Of a stretch of 64,000 nucleotides of DNA, positions 55,354 to 64,000 are shown one piece after another. Under the pieces are notes generated by a model, which was given only the letters and a program-made list of their open reading frames with translations, was not told the DNA's origin and did not search any database. Made by a program: the position numbers and the translations under genes. Origin of the DNA: an uncultured Porphyromonadaceae bacterium (lineage in GTDB: Bacteria > Bacteroidota > Bacteroidia > Bacteroidales > Muribaculaceae); the NCBI GenBank assembly GCA_947174305.1, contig CAMWIH010000001.1:23999-87998 (forward strand), given 5' to 3'. How positions within the stretch are numbered: the stretch's first letter is position 1; each line of letters starts with the position of its first letter.

Positions 55354-56925
55354 CTACTTTCTATTCCCTTTTGCTTTCCAACCGTCTATGCGTCTTTTTT
55401 CGGATGAATAGTTGATACCTATCTCTATCACGTTGCGGTTGTCGATAGCCCAAGGGAGGGCGTATTCCTTGCGTTCTATCTGTTCAAGAGCCTCTTCGGG
55501 TGTGCCGTCATATTTCAGCTCCATTATATAGATATAATCATTAGTCCTCACAAGGATGTCTATACGGCCGTCGGAAGTCCTCACTTCGGCATCAACATTC
55601 AATCCTATAAGGGAGAAGAGGATAAGGAAAGCGTTCTGAACGTTGCGCTCTTCATCAAACTTCATGTCATACCCTATGCCGGCAAACATCGACTCCAGAC
55701 GCTTCATAAAGGCTTCCACACGCCCCTCTTCCATCTCATCAAGGAAATCAAAGACAAATACCCTGACATCGTTGGTGCGAAGATTGGAGTAATAGGGCAA
55801 TAGAAATTCAAAGAAGCCCTGTTTCACTTCTATGTTTGGCAAACCTAACCGATAAAGTTGCCTTCGTGGGTCATAATCCTTTATAGTAAGGTAACCGGTC
55901 TGGTAGAAAAGGGCTTCCGGAGATATGTTGTCTATGTCAAGCCCGCGAAGTGCGTTCCTGCCGCATCTGATATTAAGAAACTTGGTGAGGTCGGTGTCGG
56001 TGCGTTTAAGCTGTTCCACCAATAATGTCGGCGTACCCGATGAAATCCAATAGTTGTCATACTGTCTCTTCCCCAAAACCTGAAGGATGGAGAAGGGATT
56101 GTAAATGTCCGGACTTTTCTCTGTGAAATGATAGCCGTCGTAATTAAGTTTAAGTTCCAGAAATTCCTCTTCCGGTGTTCTTTCATACCATTGAGCCAGA
56201 TTATCAATTCCTTCCTTGAAGTTCTCCTTGAGTTCCATTTCCGTTATCCCACAGATGGCGGCGAAATCAATATCGAAGGAGATATCGGTTATGTTGTTCA
56301 GTCCCGAAAAGACGCTGAGTTTTCCGAAACGGCTCACCCCTGTCAGGAAAACGAGCCTGATATACTCGGCAGAACTCTTGAAATTGGAGTAGATGGTTGC
56401 CAGCTTATCGCGATACATCTCAAACCGTTCGCGGTTGTGGATATTATTGACCAGTGGCTTGTCATATTCATCAACCAATATCACGACCCTTTTCCCGGTT
56501 GCTTCATACATTCCCTTTATCAGGTTGGAGAACCTGACGGAATGATCCTGCTGAGTAGGCGTGATGTCATATTCCTTCTCCTTGATGGAGAGAAAATTTT
56601 CTATCAGGATATCTAAGTTATTCTCCTCCTTGTATTGCTGGTTGTTAAGGTCAAGATGCAGAACGGGGTAAGGTTTCCAGTCCCAGTCTATTGTATCAAT
56701 ATAGAGACCCTTGAATAGTTCGCGCTTCCCCTCGAAGAAGCATTTCAGTGTGGAGAGGAAAAGGCTTTTTCCGAAACGGCGCGGACGTCCCAAGAAATAG
56801 TATTGAGACCCATTGATGATTTTTTCAATGTAACGGGTCTTATCTACGTAAATAAAGTTTCCTTCACGAAGGCTTTCAAAAGATTGTTCACCAATCGGAT
56901 ATTTCACCATTCTTTTCTTCTCCAT
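55354..56925 (-). CDS. AAA-ATPase-like protein with C-terminal PD-(D/E)XK nuclease domain (copy 2)
   Basis: Same motifs as copy 1; the start at ATG 56925 (MEKKRMVKYPIG) was chosen by comparison with copy 1. Confidence 0.88.
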   Translation of the reverse strand: MEKKRMVKYPIGEQSFESLREGNFIYVDKTRYIEKIINGSQYYFLGRPRRFGKSLFLSTLKCFFEGKRELFKGLYIDTIDWDWKPYPVLHLDLNNQQYKEENNLDILIENFLSIKEKEYDITPTQQDHSVRFSNLIKGMYEATGKRVVILVDEYDKPLVNNIHNRERFEMYRDKLATIYSNFKSSAEYIRLVFLTGVSRFGKLSVFSGLNNITDISFDIDFAAICGITEMELKENFKEGIDNLAQWYERTPEEEFLELKLNYDGYHFTEKSPDIYNPFSILQVLGKRQYDNYWISSGTPTLLVEQLKRTDTDLTKFLNIRCGRNALRGLDIDNISPEALFYQTGYLTIKDYDPRRQLYRLGLPNIEVKQGFFEFLLPYYSNLRTNDVRVFVFDFLDEMEEGRVEAFMKRLESMFAGIGYDMKFDEERNVQNAFLILFSLIGLNVDAEVRTSDGRIDILVRTNDYIYIMELKYDGTPEEALEQIERKEYALPWAIDNRNVIEIGINYSSEKRRIDGWKAKGNRK

Positions 56926-57000
56926 ATCGCATCTTTTTTGCAAAGATAACTGATTTATCTTTAAGATGCAACTAAGGGAGGTATGCGACTATGATAAAGA

Positions 57001-57027
57001 AAGTGTAACCCCGGAGGGGTTACACTT
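57001..57027 (-). terminator. Intrinsic terminator of the pyr operon
   Basis: AAGTGTAACCCC-gga-GGGGTTACACTT hairpin overlapping the pyrB stop, followed by TCTTT on the minus strand. Confidence 0.75.
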
Positions 57028-58114
57028 ATTTAGCCGGTTTAGATTCGCAATAAACGCAGCGGTAAATGCCACTGCCGTCGCTGGCCGGACGGAAGAGACG
57101 GTCAACGTTCTCCATATTGGAGATGCAGCGGCGGTTGGAGCAACGGTGCTGGTTCACGATGGTGCCTTCGGGAATCAGTTTCTGCTTGTCATCCCCTTCG
57201 GCGGCCCATTTGAGAAGGGTGAGAATCAGCGCCATGCGGACGAACTTGCCATTCTCCACCTGACGGAAATAAGCCGCTCTCGGATCAGCATCAACCTCTA
57301 CCGTGATCTCATTTACGCGGGGGAGCGGATGAAGGATGCGAAGTTCAGGCTTCGCGGTAGCCAGTTTCTCAGGTGTGAGGATAAAGGCATCCTTAACGCG
57401 GTCAAATTCATCCTCATCAAGGAAACGCTCTTTCTGCACGCGGGTCATATAGAGTATGTCGAGCTCCGGCATCACCTCCTCCATAGTCTTGACTTCGCGG
57501 TAAGGCACTCCATATTTCTCGCAGACTTCATATTTCATATAGTCGGGCAAACGGAGCTCATCGGGAGCGATTAGGATTACCTCTACTCCACTGTATCTTG
57601 CAAGAGCCTTTATGAGTGAATGCACCGTGCGTCCAAAACGGAGGTCACCGCAGAAACCGATCTTGATATTGTCGAAGCGTCCAATCTCGCGTTTGATTGT
57701 GAGCAGGTCGGTGAGGGTCTGTGTTGGATGGCTATGAGAGCCGTCGCCGGCGTTTATCACCGGTATTCCGGCATTCATGGCCGAAACAAGGGCCGCACCC
57801 TCCTCGAAGTGACGCATCGCGATGATGTCGGCAAAACAGGAGATAACCTTAGTGGTGTCGGCCACGGTCTCCCCTTTCGAAGCTGATGTGCTTTGGGCAT
57901 CGGTGAACCCAAGCACATTGCCTCCAAGCTCCATCATGGCGGCTGTGAAGCTGAGGCGCGTGCGTGTTGAAGGCTCATAAAAGAGGGTTGCAAGCTTCTT
58001 TCCCTTGCAGGCCTCGCTATACTTCTCCCTATGGTCGATAATGTCGAGAGCAAGGTTGATAACCTCGTCAAGCTCTTCACGACTCAGGTCGGTCGGGTCT
58101 ATTATATGTCGCAT
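57026..58114 (-). CDS. pyrB: Aspartate carbamoyltransferase catalytic chain fused to a PyrI-like zinc-binding domain
   Basis: FYEPSTRTRLSF, NAGDG..HPTQTLTD, TRVQKER and HPLPR; C-terminal extension CSNRRCIS...YRCVYCE. Confidence 0.93.
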   Translation of the reverse strand: MRHIIDPTDLSREELDEVINLALDIIDHREKYSEACKGKKLATLFYEPSTRTRLSFTAAMMELGGNVLGFTDAQSTSASKGETVADTTKVISCFADIIAMRHFEEGAALVSAMNAGIPVINAGDGSHSHPTQTLTDLLTIKREIGRFDNIKIGFCGDLRFGRTVHSLIKALARYSGVEVILIAPDELRLPDYMKYEVCEKYGVPYREVKTMEEVMPELDILYMTRVQKERFLDEDEFDRVKDAFILTPEKLATAKPELRILHPLPRVNEITVEVDADPRAAYFRQVENGKFVRMALILTLLKWAAEGDDKQKLIPEGTIVNQHRCSNRRCISNMENVDRLFRPASDGSGIYRCVYCESKPAK

Positions 58115-58190
58115 TGTTTTTCTGATTTAGAACAGGTCGTTGGAGGATTAGTAAAGATTCTCGAACCTTATTAATGATTCATGAAAACTC

Positions 58191-58823
58191 TTACCCGTTG
58201 ATCCATGATTCATCCGACGGGTTGTTACGGAATTTCTTGAGTCTTTCAATGTCGCTCTCCTTGATTCTCCCCTCTTCGGCTGCAACCTCCACAAGGGTGT
58301 CGAAGTTTGAGAGGGAATTATTCTTGACATTGGCCGCTGCAAGACGGTCGAGACCTTTCTGCATGCCATAAGTGAAGATGCTCACAACACCGAGCACATC
58401 TGCGCCGGCCTCACGAAGTGCTTCCACCACATCGATGCAGCTCCCACCGGTGGAGATAAGGTCCTCGATCACTACAACCTTGGTTCCCGGTTCGAGCTTT
58501 CCTTCGATACGGTTGTTGCGGCCATGATCTTTGGCGCTTCCGCGCACATATCCCATAGGCATGTCAAGAATCCAGGCGGCTATGGCTGCATGCGCAATGC
58601 CGGCTGTGCTTGTGCCCATAAGTGCTTCCGCTTCCGGATAGAGTTCTTTCACAGTCTTTGCAATCGCTTCCTCCACAATCTTGCGCTGTTTGGGAGCACT
58701 GAGGATAAGGCGATTGTCGCAATAAATAGGACTCTTTATACCGCTGGCCCAGGTGAATGGCTCGTCGGGACGAAGGAACACGGCTCCGATCTCAAGCAGT
58801 GCTTTTGCTATCTCTTTCTCCAT
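58191..58823 (-). CDS. pyrE: Orotate phosphoribosyltransferase
   Basis: FTWASGIKSPIYCDNR, YVRGSAKDHG and the PRPP motif VVIEDLISTGGS. Confidence 0.96.
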   Translation of the reverse strand: MEKEIAKALLEIGAVFLRPDEPFTWASGIKSPIYCDNRLILSAPKQRKIVEEAIAKTVKELYPEAEALMGTSTAGIAHAAIAAWILDMPMGYVRGSAKDHGRNNRIEGKLEPGTKVVVIEDLISTGGSCIDVVEALREAGADVLGVVSIFTYGMQKGLDRLAAANVKNNSLSNFDTLVEVAAEEGRIKESDIERLKKFRNNPSDESWING

Positions 58824-58906
58824 ATATGCTATATTCTTTAAATTCTATTTTATAATCTCCGAAATCTCATAATCGCGAAGCTGTCTCCGCCACGGCTGTG
58901 CCGCGT

Positions 58907-59611
58907 TTACTTACCTAAAAATCCTTTCACGCATTTGCGATATGCCTCCACCGGATCTTCAGCCGCAGTGATGGGGCGGCCAACCACGATATAGTCGGAG
59001 CCGATTTCGCGAGCGCGTTCGGGGGTGGTTATCCTCACCTGGTCATCCTTGCCAGAATCGGCAAAACGAATGCCCGGAGTCACCGTCATGAATTCATTTC
59101 CGCACGCATCTTTAACTATTCCTGCCTCAAGCGGAGAGCATACCACGCCATCAAGCCCCGCCTCCTTGGCATTTTGGGCATATTTGATGATGGTATCCCC
59201 TATCGTGGCATCAATGAGGAGCTGATTACGCATAGCCTCTTCCGATGTGCTGGTGAGCTGTGTGACGGCAATCAGCAGGGGACGTGTCCCGTCGGGACGT
59301 GTCAGCCCTTCGATGGCTGCACGCATCATCTCTATTGTGCCGGCTGCGTGAACGTTGGTCATATCCACGTCAAGCTCAGAGAGCACACGCATAGCCTTTT
59401 TAACGGTGTTGGGTATGTCGTGAAGCTTCAGGTCGAGAAAGATCTTATGTCCACGGCGCTTGATCTCCTTCACTATGTCATTGCCGGCGGCATAATATAG
59501 TTCCATGCCAATCTTGACGAAAGGCTTCTCCTCTTTGAATTTATCAAGAAATTCCAGCGTTGCTTCCTTTGATGAGAAGTCGCAGGCTATGATTACATCT
59601 TTTGCGTTCAT
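58907..59611 (-). CDS. pyrF: Orotidine-5'-phosphate decarboxylase (short type)
   Basis: [36 protein letters not shown] and VVGRPI. ATG at 59611. Confidence 0.96.
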   Translation of the reverse strand: MNAKDVIIACDFSSKEATLEFLDKFKEEKPFVKIGMELYYAAGNDIVKEIKRRGHKIFLDLKLHDIPNTVKKAMRVLSELDVDMTNVHAAGTIEMMRAAIEGLTRPDGTRPLLIAVTQLTSTSEEAMRNQLLIDATIGDTIIKYAQNAKEAGLDGVVCSPLEAGIVKDACGNEFMTVTPGIRFADSGKDDQVRITTPERAREIGSDYIVVGRPITAAEDPVEAYRKCVKGFLGK

Positions 59612-59612
59612 A

Positions 59613-60497
59613 TTATAGATTTTCAATTATTCTTTTGCAGGCGTACGGGTCGCGGAGGTTGGCTGCGCCGACTTGAACAGCAGTGGCTCCGGCAAGCATC
59701 ATCTCCTTCACATCATCGGCAGTGGAGACACCTCCGCATCCTATTATGGGGACATCTACAGCGTGACTCACTTGCCAAACCATCCTTAAAGCCACGGGGA
59801 ATATGGCAGGTCCTGAGAAACCTCCCATCACATTGGCTATTATCGGCTTCCCGGTCTTGAGGTCGATCCGCATTCCAAGCATAGTGTTGATCAGGCAGAG
59901 GCCATCTGCACCGGCATCAACCGCCGCTTTGGCTATCGACACTATATCGGTAACGTTGGGAGTGAGCTTTACGTAGAGAGGCTTGGTTATAACCTTCTTC
60001 ACGGCCCTTACCACTTCAGCCACGCTTTCAGGCTGAGTTCCGAAACTCATGCCGCCTCCATGTACGTTAGGACAGCTAACGTTTAGCTCTATAATCTCCA
60101 CCTGCTCCTCTTTGTCTATAAGACGGCAGCATTCCACGTATTCATCTATTGCGAATCCGCTTATGTTGGCTATTATCGGCTTATGGAATACGGCTCTCAT
60201 CTTAGGAAGCTCCTCGCTGATAACTTTTTCTATACCGGGATTCTGCAGACCCACGGAATTTATCATTCCTGCCTCACATTCCGCCACTCGCGGGAGAGGG
60301 TTGCCGAAGCGCGGATTGAGTGTTGTGCCTTTGAACGATATGGATCCGAGAATATTGATATCGTAATATTCGGCCATGCCGTAGCCGAATCCGAAGCAGC
60401 CGCTGGCAGGAATCACAGGATTGTCGAGTTTAACTCCGCTGAGCGACACACTCCAGTCGCCACTCTGTTCGCGTTCCCTTATCTCTTTTATTTCCAT
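59613..60497 (-). CDS. pyrD: Dihydroorotate dehydrogenase family 1B catalytic subunit
   Basis: [32 protein letters not shown] and GGFSGPAI. Confidence 0.95.
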   Translation of the reverse strand: MEIKEIREREQSGDWSVSLSGVKLDNPVIPASGCFGFGYGMAEYYDINILGSISFKGTTLNPRFGNPLPRVAECEAGMINSVGLQNPGIEKVISEELPKMRAVFHKPIIANISGFAIDEYVECCRLIDKEEQVEIIELNVSCPNVHGGGMSFGTQPESVAEVVRAVKKVITKPLYVKLTPNVTDIVSIAKAAVDAGADGLCLINTMLGMRIDLKTGKPIIANVMGGFSGPAIFPVALRMVWQVSHAVDVPIIGCGGVSTADDVKEMMLAGATAVQVGAANLRDPYACKRIIENL

Positions 60498-61243
60498 ACC
60501 AATTCATTTTTTGAGAAAACCGGACCATCCTTGCATATTCGCTTGGCAGAATCTTTTGTCTCTATGCTGCAGCACATGCAGGCTCCGAACCCGCATCCCA
60601 TCCTTGATTCAAGACTGACCTCTCCAGGAAAGTCAAGACCGGTGCAGACAGCGCGGAGCATGGGCATGGGCCCACAGGCATAGAAATAGTCGGGGCGGAA
60701 GGGGAGAGCCTTGATGGCATCAGTAACGAATCCCTTGACCCCTTCCGAACCATCTACGGTGCATATTATAGCGTCTAATCCTATCTTCTTGAAATCCTCC
60801 TTCATGGCAACATCTTTGGCAGTGTTGAAACCGAGGATAACGGTCGGGGTTATTCCGCGCGTCAGCAGCTTACGGGCAAGGTTCAATAGGGGAGCGCATC
60901 CTATCCCTCCTCCCAACAGCACCGGATGCTCGGTGGCCATATCTTCATTGAATCCGTTGCCGAGGCCGGTAAGGGTGTTGATTCTTGTGCCGGGTTTCAT
61001 CTCCGACATCGCCTTGGTGCCTGAGCCGACCACATCGTAGAGAAGCATAAGCTCTCCTTCGTTATAATCGCTAACGGATATGGGGCGACGGAGATATTTC
61101 CCTTCGATCATCAGGTTCACGAACTGACCGGCACGTGTCAGTTCCGATGTGTCACCATTGAGTCTCATTCGCCACGTCTTGTGGGTCAGTGGCTCATTGG
61201 ACGTGACGGTATAAACCGTTTCTATATTGCGATAATTCTTCAT
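60488..61243 (-). CDS. pyrK: Dihydroorotate dehydrogenase electron-transfer subunit
   Basis: GQFV, RRPISV, GLGNGF, GGGIGCAP, ACGP, and the 2Fe-2S motif MGCGFGACMCC...CKDGPVF. Confidence 0.95.
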   Translation of the reverse strand: MKNYRNIETVYTVTSNEPLTHKTWRMRLNGDTSELTRAGQFVNLMIEGKYLRRPISVSDYNEGELMLLYDVVGSGTKAMSEMKPGTRINTLTGLGNGFNEDMATEHPVLLGGGIGCAPLLNLARKLLTRGITPTVILGFNTAKDVAMKEDFKKIGLDAIICTVDGSEGVKGFVTDAIKALPFRPDYFYACGPMPMLRAVCTGLDFPGEVSLESRMGCGFGACMCCSIETKDSAKRICKDGPVFSKNELVWK

Positions 61244-61252
61244 TTCCTATTT

Positions 61253-62344
61253 TCAGATCTCTGTTTTGAGAATTTTTCCGTAAAGCTCCATCCCTTCAAA
61301 TGGGGTGGCTTTGCCCATGCTTTTGAACGTGGTGGGATCCACAATGAAACTTTCCGAGAAATCAACCGTCACTTTCCCGGGATCTCCCTCAATGCCGAAT
61401 ATCCGTCGGGGATTGGTGCTCATGATCTCTACAAGCTTATCGAGCGATATTATTCCGGGTTTTACAAGGGTGGTATAGACGGCAGCTAAAGCTGTTTCGA
61501 GCCCTACAACTCCCATTGCACTTCTTTCAAGTCCACGGCTTTTCTCTTCGGCGGAGTGGGGGGCATGGTCGGTGGCGATACATTCGATTGTGCCGTCAAC
61601 AATCCCTTCAATCAGTGCATCGCGGTCGCGTGCCGAACGGATAGGGGGATTCATCTTGAAGCGGCCATCTTCCTGTAAATCCTCATCGCAGAAAGCAAGA
61701 TAATGCGGCCCCGTCTCGCATGTGACCTCTATCCCGGCTTTGCGGGCATCGCGTATGAGAGCCACGCTTTCAGCAGTGGAAATATGGCAGATATGTAGCC
61801 TGCAACCTGTTTCGGATGCCAGTCGTATGTTGCGGTCAATCTCGCGCCATTCGCTTTCTGAGCATATTCCGCGGTGACGGTGGCGACGTGCATATTCACC
61901 ATCGTGTATATAACCTCCACGCAGGAGGTCGTTTACTTCGCAATGTGCAGCAAGAATCTTTCCGGTGGGTGCGATTCCTTTCATAGCACGCCGCATCACC
62001 TCCTCATCCTGCACACCGCTGCCGTCGTCGGAGAAGCCTGCAACGTATGGAGCAAGGGCTTCGTAATCCACAAGCTCGTTACCCAGCCTTTTCTTGGTGA
62101 TTGTGGCGTAGGGAATCACCTTTATCGCTGCATCACGCTTTATGATTTCCAGTTGCGGGAGGAGGTTTTCAATGGAATCCGGAGCGGGATTGAGGTTGGG
62201 CATCGTGCACACGGCGGTGAAGCCACCGGCAAGCGCGGCCTCTGACCCGGTTTTGATAGTTTCTTTATATGAAAAACCGGGCTCACGGAAGTGCACATGC
62301 ACATCCGCCAAGCCCGGAAGCTCTTTTATCTTATTTTCTTCCAT
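61253..62344 (-). CDS. pyrC: Dihydroorotase (N-terminally short)
   Basis: PGLADVHVHFREPG, MPNL, FSDDG, AHCE, HICHIS, KMNPP and ATDHAPH. The ATG at 62344 follows the promoter. Confidence 0.92.
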   Translation of the reverse strand: MEENKIKELPGLADVHVHFREPGFSYKETIKTGSEAALAGGFTAVCTMPNLNPAPDSIENLLPQLEIIKRDAAIKVIPYATITKKRLGNELVDYEALAPYVAGFSDDGSGVQDEEVMRRAMKGIAPTGKILAAHCEVNDLLRGGYIHDGEYARRHRHRGICSESEWREIDRNIRLASETGCRLHICHISTAESVALIRDARKAGIEVTCETGPHYLAFCDEDLQEDGRFKMNPPIRSARDRDALIEGIVDGTIECIATDHAPHSAEEKSRGLERSAMGVVGLETALAAVYTTLVKPGIISLDKLVEIMSTNPRRIFGIEGDPGKVTVDFSESFIVDPTTFKSMGKATPFEGMELYGKILKTEI

Positions 62345-62364
62345 AATCGAAATGGCGATTTTTG

Positions 62365-62372
62365 CAAAGTTA
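62365..62372 (-). promoter_or_regulatory. -7 promoter box for the pyr operon
   Basis: TAACTTTG on the minus strand, about 20 nt upstream of the pyrC ATG. Confidence 0.7.
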
Positions 62373-62538
62373 CAAAAATTAACCGACATTCCGTATATTT
62401 TTGCCCTATATTCCGATATTTTAATGTTGTAGCCGGTAAAAAATGCCTGGATTCTTTACTTGAGATGATAATAAAAATATATTTCAGATATCTTGATTTC
62501 AAACCTGTGGAAACTGTTTCATCTACTAAAACGCGTAA

Positions 62539-62565
62539 CCGGATGAAGTTATTTCCTTCATCCGG
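62539..62565. terminator. Hairpin, possible terminator of the lipoprotein gene
   Basis: CCGGATGAAG-ttatttc-CTTCATCCGG; only a weak U tract. Confidence 0.45.
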
Positions 62566-62641
62566 CCAATTGCTGTCATTGCTTTTAACTTTGCCTGTGC
62601 CCTCTTTCTGGCTCTCTCGGCAGGGAGAATGAGAAGGAACC

Positions 62642-63421
62642 TCACTTCCCAACTATTTCAGCCAGCTCCTTGGCAGTGAATGCCACGACTACATTCTTTC
62701 CTGAAGTCTTGCCAACGTAGTCATATTCGAATCCCTTGTTAAGAGATGAGAGAACCTCCGCCTGCTGACGCATTGAACGGTCTTTCATCATCTTGCGCAT
62801 ATTCTCTTTCAGTTCCTCCTTTGAGTTTCCCATTTCATCTATATCAAAAAGATCCTCGTCAACCTCACATTTATAAACGAGAGATGAACCGGTATCTTCT
62901 ATCCCCACAACATTGAGTCCTCGGTCAATCTTATAAGGGAGGCGGTGCTTCTCACTTTTGATCTGATTCTGTAGCAGAAGCTTGTTGGTTTCCTCTTCCG
63001 ACATCGGATTAGCAAGTATCTCCTTGAGTTCAGGGGCAGAGAAGTTAAGTGTGAATTCCTCCTTGCTGCCACGATTCTTATATGTGATGTTCAAGGATGC
63101 CTCTGCATCGACCATCATTTCAAGGAGTTTTTTCATATTCCCCTTCTGGAGTGCAAGTCGCATGGCCTGTCGTGCGGTTTCAGGATCTTGCTGCAAGTCC
63201 TTTACATCGGAAATCTGCTTATTAAGCGTAATCACGAATTTGACTTCACGATTGCTTTCATCGTATGACATGCTTGTCAGCTTCCCGGCCATCCCCAGAC
63301 TCATCGGGCAGTGTTTCTTCCCGGATTCAATCTGCGCTTTAAGCACTTTGTCGCTGCCTCCACATCCTGCCACAGCTACACATATAACCAGAATGAGGAG
63401 CAGATTAAGACACTTTTTCAT
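62642..63421 (-). CDS. Hypothetical lipoprotein with two internally repeated domains
   Basis: Lipobox VAVAG-C after a hydrophobic signal; the halves resemble each other (QIESGKKHCPMSL..F.APELKEI / QIKSEKHRLPYKI..FTAKELAEI). Confidence 0.75.
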   Translation of the reverse strand: MKKCLNLLLILVICVAVAGCGGSDKVLKAQIESGKKHCPMSLGMAGKLTSMSYDESNREVKFVITLNKQISDVKDLQQDPETARQAMRLALQKGNMKKLLEMMVDAEASLNITYKNRGSKEEFTLNFSAPELKEILANPMSEEETNKLLLQNQIKSEKHRLPYKIDRGLNVVGIEDTGSSLVYKCEVDEDLFDIDEMGNSKEELKENMRKMMKDRSMRQQAEVLSSLNKGFEYDYVGKTSGKNVVVAFTAKELAEIVGK

Positions 63422-63543
63422 AATTAATATGATTAATTCATTAGTAAATTTTTGATAAAGTTAATCAATTCCTAAGTAAACCGGTGAAATTTGCGACAAA
63501 CCATGGAAAAATAATGACAAAACCGGTTTTATCGTCAACTTCC

Positions 63544-64000
63544 TTATAAATTCATTATTTCATCAAGAGTCAATCCTGTGACTGAGCTTATTACTCCCGG
63601 TTCGATTCCCTGTTGTTTCATTGAGATGGCGACATTTATCAAGGTTTCCGCACGGCCTTCCGCACGGCCTTCCGCTCTGCCTTCCGCTCTGCCTTCTGCT
63701 CTACCTTCCGCACGGCCTTCGTCTCGAGCGGTGTCGAGCACGTCGTTCTGGACCATTATGGCATCGATGTGCTCGTCGTATGCCCTGCGCTCCTTTGGTG
63801 TCATGGAAAGCACGCGAAGCTTCTCCCTGACTTGTTGCAACCCGGGAGTGCGTGTGTCTTCCTTGATCTTGCCCGTCTTGAGATAGGTGAGCCATTCATC
63901 AAGCGGATTTTCAGGTATCTTGTCGTAGGCATTGACCCGGATTAGATAATATTCGGGAAACACTTCCCTCGGCAGGTGAGGAACTATGACACCCTCCTCT
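63544..64000 (-). CDS. Rpn family recombination-promoting nuclease / PD-(D/E)XK putative transposase, C-terminal part (partial)
   Basis: Frame open to the window edge; FPEYYLI, LDEWLTYLK, ERRAY, EGRA repeats and the terminal IS.VTGLT.DEI HTH-like tail typical of the family. Confidence 0.82.
   Translation of the reverse strand, partial: EEGVIVPHLPREVFPEYYLIRVNAYDKIPENPLDEWLTYLKTGKIKEDTRTPGLQQVREKLRVLSMTPKERRAYDEHIDAIMVQNDVLDTARDEGRAEGRAEGRAEGRAEGRAEGRAETLINVAISMKQQGIEPGVISSVTGLTLDEIMNL
63649..63720 (-). repeat. Six 12-bp coding repeats (EGRA)
   Basis: Six variants of GAAGGCCGTGCG / GAAGGCAGAGCG within the Rpn gene. Confidence 0.92.

Larger units (their letters stand above)
53726..56971. repeat. 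Tandem ~1.6 kb duplication (53726-55321 / 55374-56971) including the promoter
   Basis: Offset 1648-1650 bp; block 54667-55133 appears identical to 56315-56781, the gene 3' ends and upstream ~50 bp are near-identical, and the middle is divergent. Confidence 0.9.

Noticed and set aside
53712-56925. Diversity-generating retroelement template/variable repeat pair
   Set aside because: There is no reverse transcriptase, both copies are full genes with promoters, and the differences are not confined to adenines.
62326-62652. 108-aa minus-strand ORF between the lipoprotein gene and pyrC
   Set aside because: It overlaps both neighbours and the pyrC promoter, has a non-ATG start, and shows no motifs.

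Overview
This is a core-chromosome segment of a Bacteroidales bacterium, probably Muribaculaceae-like. That call is an inference from repeated TAnnTTTG -7 promoter boxes, A-rich starts without Shine-Dalgarno sequences, and Bacteroidota-type gyrB, dcw, purF and guaAB proteins. Most genes are on the minus strand. Left to right: a GT4 glycosyltransferase, tRNA-Asp, gyrB, an AT-rich YafQ-type toxin-antitoxin pair, fabF-acpP, 2-oxoacid:ferredoxin oxidoreductase alpha/beta, two tandem secreted endonuclease I paralogues, queG-rnhA-pdxB, a THUMP rRNA methyltransferase, the dcw cluster (rsmH to ftsZ, no mraZ), a GT4 and an acyltransferase-3. These are followed by a ~26 kb nucleotide-biosynthesis supercluster: purF; purE-L-M-H-D-B-A-guaB-guaA; and pyrC-K-D-F-E-B. 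Many of its enzymes look Firmicutes-type but sit behind Bacteroidota promoters. The window ends with a lipoprotein and a partial Rpn nuclease. The best novelty candidates are: (1) an HUH/Y1 RAYT-like nuclease fused to a DprA/SLOG-like domain next to a 25-bp REP-like array and a REPIN-like hairpin, with a 13-bp motif that recurs inverted in the purE leader; (2) a structured uORF-plus-terminator leader of the purine operon that I cannot match to a known riboswitch; (3) a PyrB fused to only the zinc domain of PyrI; (4) a tandem AAA-ATPase/PD-(D/E)XK pair with identical or near-identical ends and a divergent middle; (5) strictly 10-bp-phased intergenic repeat arrays. All calls were made by eye; no database searches were run.
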